From Carpediemonas membranifera BICM (taxonomy: Eukaryota > Protista > Fornicata), in contig JAHDYR010000002.1 of assembly GCA_019828565.1 (NCBI GenBank), positions 248,001 to 312,000 on the forward strand: 64,000 bases of DNA, written 5' to 3'. Positions 46,501 through 57,405 of the stretch are shown here, one piece after another. The notes below the pieces were generated by a model. It made no database searches and had not been told where the DNA came from. It was given only the letters and a program-made list of their open reading frames with translations. The stretch's first letter is position 1, and each line of letters begins with the position of its first letter. The position numbers and the translations under genes are program-made.

Positions 46501-47652
46501 AGTCCTGTTCGTTGATGACATTACAATAGTAGCTCCCTCCCCTTAAGTGGTTGGAGGCAGCACTTACGGCGGCATGGACATGCATGCTAGCGCTATCCTT
46601 GGAGCCCAACGATAAGACCACCTATGTCTCAGAGGACGACACCCCCTCCCTCACCATCCATGGCAATCCAGTCATTAAGAGAGACGCGGTCAAGCTCCTA
46701 GGGGTCCTCTTCGATACGTCCCGAGACTTCTCCACCCAGAATAGGACTATGGGCGAAAGGATAGACAGAGAGCTACGACTACTGAGAGCTAGCGGCGTGA
46801 TGCACTCCAAGTTCTGTCCTCGCATTGTAGAGGTCTACACCCTCCCCAAGCTGCTGTACGGGTGGAGCGTCTGGGCTAATCATAAGGCTGTCTCCCAGGT
46901 AGGCAAGCTTGCATCGGCAGCCCTAAGGATCAGCCCAACTGCATCGGAGGCGAAGTACCTGGAGCTAGGCTGGCTGCATCCAGAGGCAATGCTCCTGCTG
47001 GACAGATTCAAGCAAGGGGGTGAGATGGGCGAGAATCCATCCGGGCAAGGATCTCCCAGACTGCATTGCTGAGGCACAAGGCAGCCTTGGCCTGTCCCAC
47101 TCCGACAGCCTTGACCTAGCAGCCTGTCGAGCAGCCCAGCTCTCTCACGACATAATCTGCCGTGGTAACAAAGTGGCTGTCAGGAGATACGTCACGGAGT
47201 CGGCACTCACCCGCCCTTTTACCCGCTCTAACTACCCGGCCAGGCAGCCATACCTCGACCATCTAACGGCTGGGCCAGCGAAGCGCCTCGCGATGCTACG
47301 GCTATCGTGTCTACCAATGCCAACGAGAGGGGCTCTTCCTGACGCGTGGCAGCCGGTCAGGGGAATCCTACAGGACCTGAAGGATGAACCGGAAGCCGCC
47401 GCAGCTCTTGAGGCATGTCCTCTCTGTCAGGGTGAGGCCATCGCCGCGGCTGTGATTGAGATCCTGACGTCCCCTACCAAGACCTTAGCAGTGCTGAGAT
47501 CCAGGACGTGGGTTGTCCTGAACCAGACCCACTTGGCTAAGTGCGACCACTTCAAGATTAACCCCATCCTCCTTTTCAAGGACCCCCTGACCCTGAGCAG
47601 GCGTGACGACGCCAAGCTCACACATATGTTGAGTGTACTTTGTGACGCGTGA
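43563..47652 (+). CDS. LINE-A APE endonuclease + reverse transcriptase (several frameshifts)
   Basis: APE motifs SWNC, AIQE, SIYSP, MGDFN and IDGI. RT motifs APGSDG, FRPISLL, QYGARPG, LDVAKAFD, GVRQG, FVDD and KLLGV. C-terminal CPLC…HLAKC. Confidence 0.9.
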
Positions 47653-48743
47653 CTGGTAGGTTCCCTCGCTTACATAGGAAAACGCCACCGTCCTCCCCGG
47701 TCTCAGGACCTCCTCGATCATCGTCCTGAGGGAGCCCCATCGGGCTCGGAGCACAGAGTCCCGCAGCGCCAAGAGCTGGAAGTTGTGAGCTGGCCGACCC
47801 GCGTGGGTCATCTTTTTACCCTTCTTCGAAGGGGTTTTAGGCCCTCCTCTCCCTGCAGCTTCAGAACAGTACTCTTGGGCGCCGCAGCTCTGGCTTCCAA
47901 TGTTATGAGAACCGTTGCCCTCCTGCGGCTGATCACCGCTCGTCTGGCTCGGGTTGTGGCCAGTGCCTGGAGGTGGACACCCCGGCACTGTATCAAAAAA
48001 TAAACTCAAAAACTCAAAAACTAGTGCAAGCGAAATGTTGTAAGGGGTAACAGGACAACCAGGCCTAGTGCCTGGGGGTACACCACCCATGCCCTGACCC
48101 ACGCCACCTAACCGGGGTAGACAGCATGGACTTAGTCACTTTCCCCGCCTTCGGGTAGGCTTCTTAACAGAGTCGAGGGGGCATGGAATTGGGGAACCGG
48201 ACAGACGAGAGGGTGCCGTGGCTGAACGGCTCTACAAGGACTGCAGGGAAGCAAGGAGTGTCATAGTCAAGGTTCTGCAGGACGATCCTGCCTGTCAATG
48301 CCCCGAGGACAGACCCCCAGGCTCCCCGGATAGTTGCCGGACTTTCAGGGAGACAGGAAAGCATATTTGCACGGAGATGGCCGCAGGGCCTCTGGGGCGA
48401 TTGGAATCGGCTTTCCGCGGAGACAGTAGCACCGAAAGCCCAAGGCAAACGCTGCTGACCAGTTTGCCACGGGAAATAGGCAGTACCCCGGGGCACTCAG
48501 CTCCAAGACAACGGGAAACAAGCTCAGTCCGGGGTCAGAATCCAAGCACCATAAATTTCTTTCTTTCTTGTTAGCGAGATTAGTGTTCGGGGTTGAGTCC
48601 CCCTTCCGCGGCTGGGTGCTACCGGGGTACGTGGGGCTTGCGTCCCCCGCTGATCCCAGGAGCGCTCCGCTTCGGTTGAGGCGGGGGGTTGGGTCCCAGT
48701 TTGACCCTGGTCCCAGAGGTCATAGGATTCTGGGATGGTGTAC

Positions 48744-50151
48744 TTACCCGTCTTTCCGGAGGTTCAGAAGGGCACGTCTGCCGTTCTGCAGTCCCTCTCT
48801 GACGGTATGGTCCTCGCTGCGGAGGAGCCAGAGCATTTCCAGGATTGCCCTTGAGTTGTACCACTCCGCCTCCTGCCCTTGCCTTAGGGCGTGGTACTGT
48901 GTGCGTAGATGCGCCTCCGCCAGGATGTCATTCCATCCTTCTGGGCGTTCTACCGCCTTGCATTGGCAGATGATGTGGCTTTGTGTTCCCAGGGGCTGGT
49001 TGTATGCCCATTCTGAGAGGATTTTGGTGGTTTCCGCCGCGGTTCTGGTGACAGTGTACAGGCGAGTAATGGTGTCGCCTTCTGAGTCCAGGGTACATAG
49101 GGGGCAACATCGCTTGATCCTGCTCAGGAGGGCCTGGGGCTGGCCGATCGCGCTCCCAAGTATGGCTCTGCTTCTGCCACTGTTGCTGGGGGAGGGGAGT
49201 GTGTTGGATGCAGTCATGATTACTCTCTTGACTTCCCGTCTGGTTATCATCTCACCCTTGATCATTCCTGGTTTCTTGGGTCTCTTCCCTTGCTGCATGC
49301 TGAGGATGACTTCCGGGGCTAGTACTGTTGCCACCCCTTTGGCCGTTCGGCTCCCGGTGTGCAGTAGTTCTTCTGCTGTGAGGGTCCAGCCTCCCCTCTT
49401 TGCTCTTTCCCTGGCGGGCATCTCCTCCTGTGTGCCCTGGAGGACGCTCCGTCGCCATTGGTAGAGGCGATGTAAGACCGATCCTCTCTCCGCTGTCGCC
49501 CAGTCCAGATTCCCTAGGGGGGTCGGACGGTCCGGGTCGTGCGCAGACTCATAGAGCCTCACCGCTCTCTGCCCCATATCTGCCTCCCAGCACATCCATC
49601 CCATTAGTACACGGGCGGCTCCTCCTCCCCCTGGTCCTGTGCCTGCCATTAGGCCGCGCCAGTTGTTCCAGATGGCTCTTCCCCTGGCGCTTGGCCCCAG
49701 ATCTCGATCCCGAACTCGATCTTGGGCCAGAGGAAGGTTCTGAGGATGGATTCCGAGGTGGCGGCCGGGGTGGATCCTTTGGTCCACCCTGCTCTCCTGC
49801 CAGGGCTAGGTATTTCCGGGATTGTGACGTCTTCATTTTGATGCATGCTGCCAACGGATTCTTCCCGCTGGCTAGCCAGAGTCCCAGATACCTTGCTGAG
49901 TCTGACGCCAGTGTGGGAGTTCCTTGGATGCTGACCGCTGCAGTTACGTCGGTACTTATCACCACACTTTTGCCTGGGCTGGTCTGGAGTCCATGGGCTT
50001 CAATTACCCTGACCACTGCGTCTGTGCCTTCTTCGGCGAGCTGCGGGGTCTCGGCTGAGATGCTTGTATCATCTACAAACATTGCAATGAGGCAGTTTTT
50101 GGGCCTATCGTCCGTTGGAGGGAGGCAGGGGTCCGGGATCTCTCTATGCCG
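48744..50151 (-). CDS. LINE-B ORF2 3' part (RT C-terminus and CCHC), frameshifted
   Basis: Motifs MFVDD, YLGLWLASG and CPLC…HIICQC; continues the ORF at 54867 once the LTR element is removed. Confidence 0.85.
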
Positions 50152-53100
50152 TGTGACATGTTAGAGATGGAACGGAGAACTGTTTACATAAAGTGCACTG
50201 CAGGTTGTGCAGGATAACCCATCACACTTCCCCTCCGGAGGGCGACCTAGCGGCGTCCGCGAGTGCGGAACTTGCGCTTATAGCGGTCGAACAAAGGGCG
50301 CAGGTGCGGGTTGGTCTGGAGGTAATCGTCAAGGGCTGACAGCTGGTCGTAGTAGGCGTTATACGGGATGTAACTGTCTTCAGAATCTTCGAGGCCCTGC
50401 CAATGGATAAGCATTTCGAGGCGGCCAGAGCGTTCGCGATGCCCGACGATGGACTCGACAGGCTGTTCGTCCTGTTCGAACCCGACCAGGGTCTCAAGGT
50501 CCTTGAGCGACGTGTTATGGGCACGTTTGAACGGCACGAGGCGATCGGCATGTACGAGTAGCTCGGCCTTCGTGACCAGGTCCTGGAGGCGGTAGGTATT
50601 GGGGCTCTTCCCTTCCCCCACCATGCGGACAGGGCCGCGAATAGGGGCGAGGATTTTGGATGGAGTCTTCGTGGGGTAGCGTACGAGGACGAGTTCCTGG
50701 TCTTTCCAGGGGAACTCTAGAGTGTTGGCAGAGGAGGCCTTGGACTGCTCGTACGCCTCGATGCGCTGGCGGGCGAGGTCCTGAACCGCTTTCACGTCGG
50801 ATTGGAATTTCTTGATTGCGGCTTGGGTTCTCTGGGAGGTGAGGTTGAGGAGTTGAATCGCGTCTTCAAGCTGGTTGTCCGACAGAGTGGTGAGTCTGGT
50901 AGTTGAGCCGAAGAGGATCTCGAACGGCGAAAACCCGGTGGTGGCGTGGGTGGATGAGTTGACGACGTGTTGGACGAATGGTATCAGGTCGACCCAGTCG
51001 GTTGACTTAGCGTCGATCAGCAGTGCGCGGAGGCGGCGCATGATAGTTCCGTTGGTCCGCTCGACGATGCCGTTGGACTGTGGATGGTATGCCGTGCTGA
51101 AGCGGTGGTTGAGTGTGAGGTGTCGGTTGAGCTCGGCGATGAAGGCGTTGCGGAACTGAGATCCTTGGTCTGTCTGAATCTGCTTGGGCAGTCCGAACTG
51201 AGCCCATAGGTGGAGCATGGCAGTTGCGGCTTCCGCGGCTGAAGTGCTCTTGGTAGGATGGAGGAGCACGTATTTCGAAAATGTATCGATGAAGACGACG
51301 ATATGGGCGAACCCATCGCAGTTAGGCAGGGGCCCGATCGTGTCGATCTGCACGGACTCGAATGGGGACAGGGTCTGGGTGGAGTGCCAGGGGGTTGAGG
51401 TCTTCTTGTGGGCCTTCAGCTTCTGGCAGACTGGGCAGGTGGCCACATAAGTGGCGACGTCGTCGCGCATAGACTTCCAGGAGTGGCCGGCGGCCTTGAG
51501 GTTGCGGATCGTCTGGTCGACCGCGACGTGTGCGAACTTCCCAGCATGCGCCTGGACGATGGTGTCGAGATGGTCGTCCGTCGTTGACTCGTCCGCGCTG
51601 GCGCGGACGGGGGGCCTGGATAGGGCGTCGGCGACGAGGTTTGACGAGCCCGGAATGTGCCGGATCTCGAACGGGTATTCTGAGAGGATTAGGCGCCACC
51701 TTGTCAGCTTCCGGGTGCCCTCCTCTGATTTCATCAACAGCCAGACCAAGTTCCGGTGGTCTGTTGAGATTGAGAATGGCTTGAGCTTGAGCAGGCTACT
51801 GAACTCGGGGCGGGTGACACAGAAGACGATTGCGTACAGCTCCTGCTCGACAGTAGCCCATCGGCGTTGGGTGTCCGTGAAGGTTTTGGAGAAGAAGGCG
51901 AGAGGACGTTTGGTGCCGTCCTTATGCTGCCAGAGGACGCCGCCCAAGGCGATCGTGGAGGCGTCCGTCTCGAGGGTCCATGTGGCGTTGAGGTCCGGGA
52001 GGGCCAGGGCCTCGTGGCTGGTGGACAGTTCCTTCATACGGGCGAAGGCCCTGTCATGCTGCTCAGTCCAAGGAAGCTTGTCGCTGCCCTTGGGTGACCC
52101 TTTCAGGAGGTCGTTCAGCGGGCCGGTGGATTCGGCAGCTGCGGCGGCGAGAGTGGGGATGTAGGCGGCAAGGTGGTTGAACTTCCCCATGGTCCGGCGG
52201 AGTTCTGTGACGGTCGTCGGGGGCTGCAGGTTAAGGATGGCGTCCACGCGGGACTGGGCGATGGAGCGGCCACGCGCGTCGATCACGAACCCGCATACTT
52301 CGACCTGGTTAGCGCCGATCACGCACTTGTCCGCGCGAAGACGCAGGTTACAGTCGTCGAGGCGTTCGAGGGTCGTTCTGAGAGTTGAAAGGAAGTCGTC
52401 TTGACTGCGGGCGAAGAGGAAGATGTCGTCTATGTAGACTCTGACACCGGGGATGCCCTCCAAAAGCGACTCCATGGCCCTTTGGAACTTCGCGGGGGGC
52501 GTTAGTGAGGCCAAAGGGTACGCGCAAAAACTCATAGTGGTGACCTGGGACCGAGAAGGCGGTCAGGGGGGATCGAGGCGGGGTCGACCCGTTGTTGCCA
52601 GTATGAGGTGCGGAGATCAAGGCTCGCGAAATAAGAGCATCCGCTGGCCTCGTGTGGGAGCTCGCGAAGGTCCGGGAGGGGAAATGCGTCCGGAACGGTC
52701 ACGTCGTTCAGTGCGTTGTAGGCTACACAGAACCGGGGGTCTCCATTTTTCTTGGTTGCCATGGTGTGGGGGGACGCATACGAGGATTTCGAGTCCCGGA
52801 TGATGCCTAGACGGCGCATCTTCTCGATCTCGGCTTGTGCAGCCGAGCCGGGGGTCCCAACAAGGGGGCGGGGCCTGCACTTGATCGGCGTCGAAGACGT
52901 GAGTTCGATCACATGCGGCTCCAGGTCGCTTCCTTCCGGGTGTAGCGTCGCGTTGAACAGGCGAGGTCGTTCTGCCACTATAGCACGGACCAGAGATTGG
53001 AACTCGGGCCCGTGGTCGTCTGGCACCGTAACGGAGAGGTACTCGTCGTCTGTCGACACCTCCACCAGGTCGGCGTCCAACATGTGGTGGTCCTCAAGGT

Positions 53101-54866
53101 CGTCTGGATCGCCCATTGAGGCGGGCATGATGACCAGGCGGTCGTTGGCGATGTACCCAAGGTGGGCAAGAAGGTCCTTACCAACGAGGACTCGTCCGCT
53201 GTCACCCTTGATGACGTGGAGGGGCCAGACGGTCGTAACAGGGCGTCCGTCTACGCTAGGGAGCGTGATGGCGGCGACAGCGCGCTTACCAGTGGAGATG
53301 GTCTTGTTCTCGGCAGATGTGATCACAAGGCTCGAGTCTTCGGTTGAAAGAGCAAGCTCTTCGGCCTTGGCTGCAGAGATGGTGCAAACATCGGCTCCCG
53401 TATCAAGTTTCCCGTTACAAGGAGTTCCATCGATGTTCACCGTGGTGTTGATCGGAACAGAGGTGGTGTGAACCTCATCGGCAGAAGCTGCCTTCTTCTG
53501 GAGGTATATGCAGTTTTCTGTCGTGTGTGTGGAGTTGTAGCCGTGGTGCTTGCAGAAGTTGGAGAACCGCTCGGGGATTCGGAACTTCTTGCGGTCCTTA
53601 AACTGCGCGTAGCGGTCGCCGGAATCGAGCAGCCGGGGCTCCGGGAGGTCGTTGGCGTCGCTGCGGTCCTGGCTGTCCTCTCGGGCGGATGTCTCGGGCT
53701 TCTGCGGAGTGTCGGGCCGGCCATCGCGAGCGTGACGTGGCTTCTTGGGAGGCTTCGAAGGTGTCGAAGCCTCCTTGAACGCGCGCCAGGGTATCACGAC
53801 GTTGCCCTCGTGGTCCACGGCGAGATCGCGGAGGGCTGCAATGCATTCGGCGGTGGTGCGGCGCTGGCCGTCAGCATCCGTCTCGACCAGGGCTTTGTAC
53901 AGTGTCTTTGCGGCGCTGGTGTATCCTTCGAGGGCGAAACCAGCAACGATGTCACGCGTGGTGCTCTCGGGGAGGCGTGCGTAGTTGGTTGCGTCGACGT
54001 CCGGGTTGAAGGCGTTGAGGAGGTTCTCGACCTTGCTGAGCGCGAGCCTGTGCTGCGCCGAGGGGCCGAATAGAGTGGGGTGGGACGAGCTTGCAAGGGC
54101 AGCAAGCCGGGTGCCCCTGTCCGTGGAAGGCATCAGGGCTAAGTATAGGTGAGGGAGAATGGTCTCGGCCTCAGCAGCGAGGCGTTGGCGGAGGCTGGAG
54201 GTGTCTGCCACAGGGAACGAGGAGGGCAGACCCTCGTTCGCCGAACTAACGAAGTCCGCGCTGCGCGAGGGCTCGTCATCGAGCGGGTTGGCCAGGCAGG
54301 TGTAGGTCAGGAGGGAGATGGGTTGGCCTGGATCGGCCCGGAGGAGGGATGCGGTGTCCTGTAGCTCTTCCATAGTGTCGTCGAACAGGGCTTGGGCCCT
54401 GCGGAACGCAGGCTTCGTAAGGCTCGAGCCCTTGTACCGCGCCTCGGCGGCCGCGCAGAGGAGGAATAGGTCATCCTCCAGAAGGGCCTTGATCGCCCGG
54501 AGGCGCTTCGAGATGAGGTGGGAACGCGGGGAGAATGCCGGTTCCCCTGCATCGCGTTTGCTTCCCTCGGTGTCGCTAATGAGGGATTTGGTGAGCTCTT
54601 CGAACGTCGGGAACGCTTCCGAATGGCGCCATGAAGCCTTAATGAGTTCAAGGCTCTTGGCCGTGAGGCAGTTGAAGAACGAGCGCGGATGCTTCACGTT
54701 CAGGACCTCACGGGCCCACTTTTCGTGAGCGGCGTGGAGCGTCTTGGCGTCTGAAACGCTCTGGATAGTGTGAGCATCAGAATATCGATATTGTGACATG
54801 TTAGAGATGGAACGGAGAACTGTTTACATAAAGTGCACTGCAGGTTGTGCAGGATAACCCATCACA
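50152..54866 (-). mobile_element. Complete Ty3/gypsy chromodomain LTR retrotransposon with identical 75-bp LTRs
   Basis: LTRs at 50152-50226 and 54792-54866 (TGTGA…TCACA); 4-bp TSD GCCG; PPT GGAGGGGAAG. Confidence 0.93.
50247..54799 (-). CDS. Gag-Pol (gag with CX2HX5HX4C knuckle, protease, RT, RNase H, integrase, chromodomain); two breaks at G-runs near 52495 and 52570
   Basis: Motifs LDTGAD, YIDD, TDAS…EQE…TDH…ADALSR, HHCC, D…TDQG…GIVER and VESIVGHR…IHWQG. Confidence 0.92.
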
Positions 54867-56820
54867 GCCGGAGGTACAGTGCCGCCTGGCTTAGCCAGTT
54901 AGCTGTGAAGAGAATGAACAGAGTGGGGGCCACCACACATCCTTGCTTGACCCCCATGTTTGTTCTGGACCATGTGCTTGCCCCTCGTACCGAGATGTAC
55001 GTTTCTGTAAGTGTATTTCGGATGGCCCTCGTCAGTCTTGGGTGTACCCCCATGAGCGTCAACTTGTTCACCAGCAGGTCCCTTGGGACCGTATCATATG
55101 CTTTTGCTATGTCAAGTAGGACGCTGGTACGGTTTCCGGACTGGTGGAGTTGGGCTAGGAGGGCTATGTGATCCACTACAGTTTTCCCTTTCATGAACCC
55201 AACTTGCTCTCTGGGGATGAACTTCTCCACCGTCGGCCTGAGGCGCCATTTCAGTATCCTCCCGTAGGCTCTGTATAGGAGGGGGGTGAGGGAGATCGGT
55301 CTGTACGAGCTGGGCGTGAGCTTGTCCTTCCCAACCTTGTGGATAGGCGACACCGCTGCATACTTCCATGTGGTTGGCATGGTCCCGCTGTCGTATACTT
55401 TCGCGAGCAGGACTGTGATTGCCTCGTACGCTGACTCGGGGAGGTCCCTCAGACAATCTCCAATAATCCCGTCCAGGCCTCCGGCCGAGGACTTCCTTAT
55501 GGACTTGACCGCCGCTGTCACTTCTTCAAGCGATGGCGGATGGTCCTCCATGTCCGTTTCCGGCTCGGTTTCCCAGGTGGGTTCCTTCCCGGAGCTTACC
55601 TTCGCGTACTGCTCCTGGAGGGAGTCTGCAATCTCCCTCTGCCTTGCTAGAATCTTGTTTCCAGCCTTCAGCATCACCGGGAGACCGGCGTGCTGCTTCT
55701 CGTTCCAGAAGCGGAACACTTGGTTTGCGAGGATCCTTTTTGTCGTTTTGTACCCATCACGGGATCCAACCTCAACCTGCTCATTCCAGTCATGTTGGAA
55801 GGTCCTCCATGATCTGCTCAGTGCTCCGTTGAGGGACTTTTTGATATCTTTGGCGGCGGTTTTGCTCCAGGTGGAGGCTTTGGCCAGCCGTTCCCATACC
55901 TCACTAGGGATACGTTCCTGGTTTTCTACAGCGAATGGGTGCCTTCTGGAGGTAGCAAACCCGGTGGACAACCATTTCCTTATGAGAGTCTCCATCTCGT
56001 CCACTGGTATTTTGCTGTCTAGTGGTGGCCACTCTTCTAGCTTGGGCCCTGTTCTCCTGGGTTTGACCAGCCACGTATCGATCCGTGGGATTTCCAGTCT
56101 CTTTGATATCTCTGGTTTCCCTGTCGGGTTGTTATCCCAGGTGAGCTCTATGGCTTTGTGTGCCGACCCCCAGTGCCCGATTGTGGTCTTGTCTATTACC
56201 CTAACAACCGGGTTTTGGATACCCCCTGTTACCGCTGCATAGTCTATTGTGGACGTTCGGGAGTTAGTCCCGTACGTCGGTGCAGTTGGTGCTATTGGGG
56301 TGAGGTTCCATCGCTGGAGGGTCATCGCAGTTGCTTGCCTGAGTTTCCCTGGCCTCCTGTTCCAGTCCCCGATGATGATGATGTCACACCCCTCATAGTT
56401 CGCGACGGTTTGCTCTAGCATCCGGTCGAACTCCTCAATCTCGGGTCGTGCACATCCACTATCGGGAGCGTAGATATTGATGACTGCCGTGGCCCTCGAT
56501 GCTTTGAGGATGCTTACTTGGATTCGTGGGTTCGTCCCGTCGGACACGCCTACGTCCCATTCCGCTTTGGAGTGCGGGCTAATCAGTGTGGCCAGTCCCT
56601 TTGTGGGTCGCTTGCGCGTTGCCTCTAATGGCTTGACCTCTCCTGCACAGGCGTACTGGAGATCTACCCAGCAAGGGATGGTGGTATTACCGTACCGCTT
56701 GGTTTCCTGGAGGAGGATCGCATCAGTCCTTATCCTCTTGCGGATGGATAAAGCTATGGATCCGCTGTAATCGTTTGCGCCCGCTAGGTGCCCTTCGCTG
56801 TTTAGCGATATTATTCTCAT
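54867..56820 (-). CDS. LINE-B ORF2 5' part: APE endonuclease + RT
   Basis: Motifs ISLNSEG, LLQETK, INIYAP, IGDWN, TIDY, SAHK, AGGLDG, YRPISL, QVGF, LDIAKAYD and GVKQGCVVAP. Confidence 0.92.
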
Positions 56821-57405
56821 TCAGGTTGTTCTGACATAAACTGCGGGAGTTACCCTGCGCGCACTAATCTGCTCTTTGTAGACATTCCCTTTTTGGGCGT
56901 ACCTTTTGGTGGGTTGCTGAGGCCTCTAACCGAGCAGTCGTTTCCTTTTGGGCAGGCTTATGCCTGTATTCCCTTAGTTCCCGGCCTAGGGCATACCATT
57001 CCCTTTCACAGTCGGTGCCTCACGATGCTTGTCGGCATTGCTGCCGGTCTCCGCTTAGCTTCCTTCCTCGCCGCATGGCAGGACCATTACCTAACGAGCT
57101 TAGGTGGGAGCGACAGTGGTTGTTGCCCCTCCCAAGGCTGGAGTTACAGCCTGCCGGACAGGCAGGGCTCTTTTTACCTTTTGGTAACCCTGCCCCCGGC
57201 CCCTGTGGGGCACAGGGGTTTGTTGAAAAATTGTTTGAAAAAAGAAAGTGTTGCGTTTTTGCTCCCGCCGGAATGGTTCGCCGGTGTCCATTTGGACTTT
57301 AAGGCCCTACTAGTCACAGCCTGGCCATACATGCTGGTTCATATATATACCTTTAGCTCAGACTTATATCACACTACCCTCTGCACCTCTTACTTATGAT
57401 TGTTT

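Larger units (their letters stand above)
40901..48021 (+). mobile_element. LINE-A: apparently full-length non-LTR element, OTU - 51-bp repeats - Maelstrom-like - APE - RT - Cys/His C-terminus
   Basis: 14-bp TSD TAGTGCAAGCGAAA at 40887-40900 and 48022-48035; A-rich tail AAAAAATAAACTCAAAAACTCAAAAAC. Confidence 0.85.
38999..48568 (+). mobile_element. LINE-C: 5'-truncated non-LTR element related to LINE-B
   Basis: 17-bp TSD TGTTAGCGAGATTAGTG at 38982-38998 and 48569-48585. It begins inside RT (GVKQGCVLAPTLF…MFVDD…YLGLW), has a CPLC…HIICEC C-terminus, and ends in the tail TAAATTTCTTCTTTCT. Confidence 0.85.

Noticed and set aside
52490-52575. Programmed gag-pol frameshift
   Set aside because: The breaks lie inside RT at two G homopolymers, not at the gag-pol boundary; indel errors or decay are more likely.
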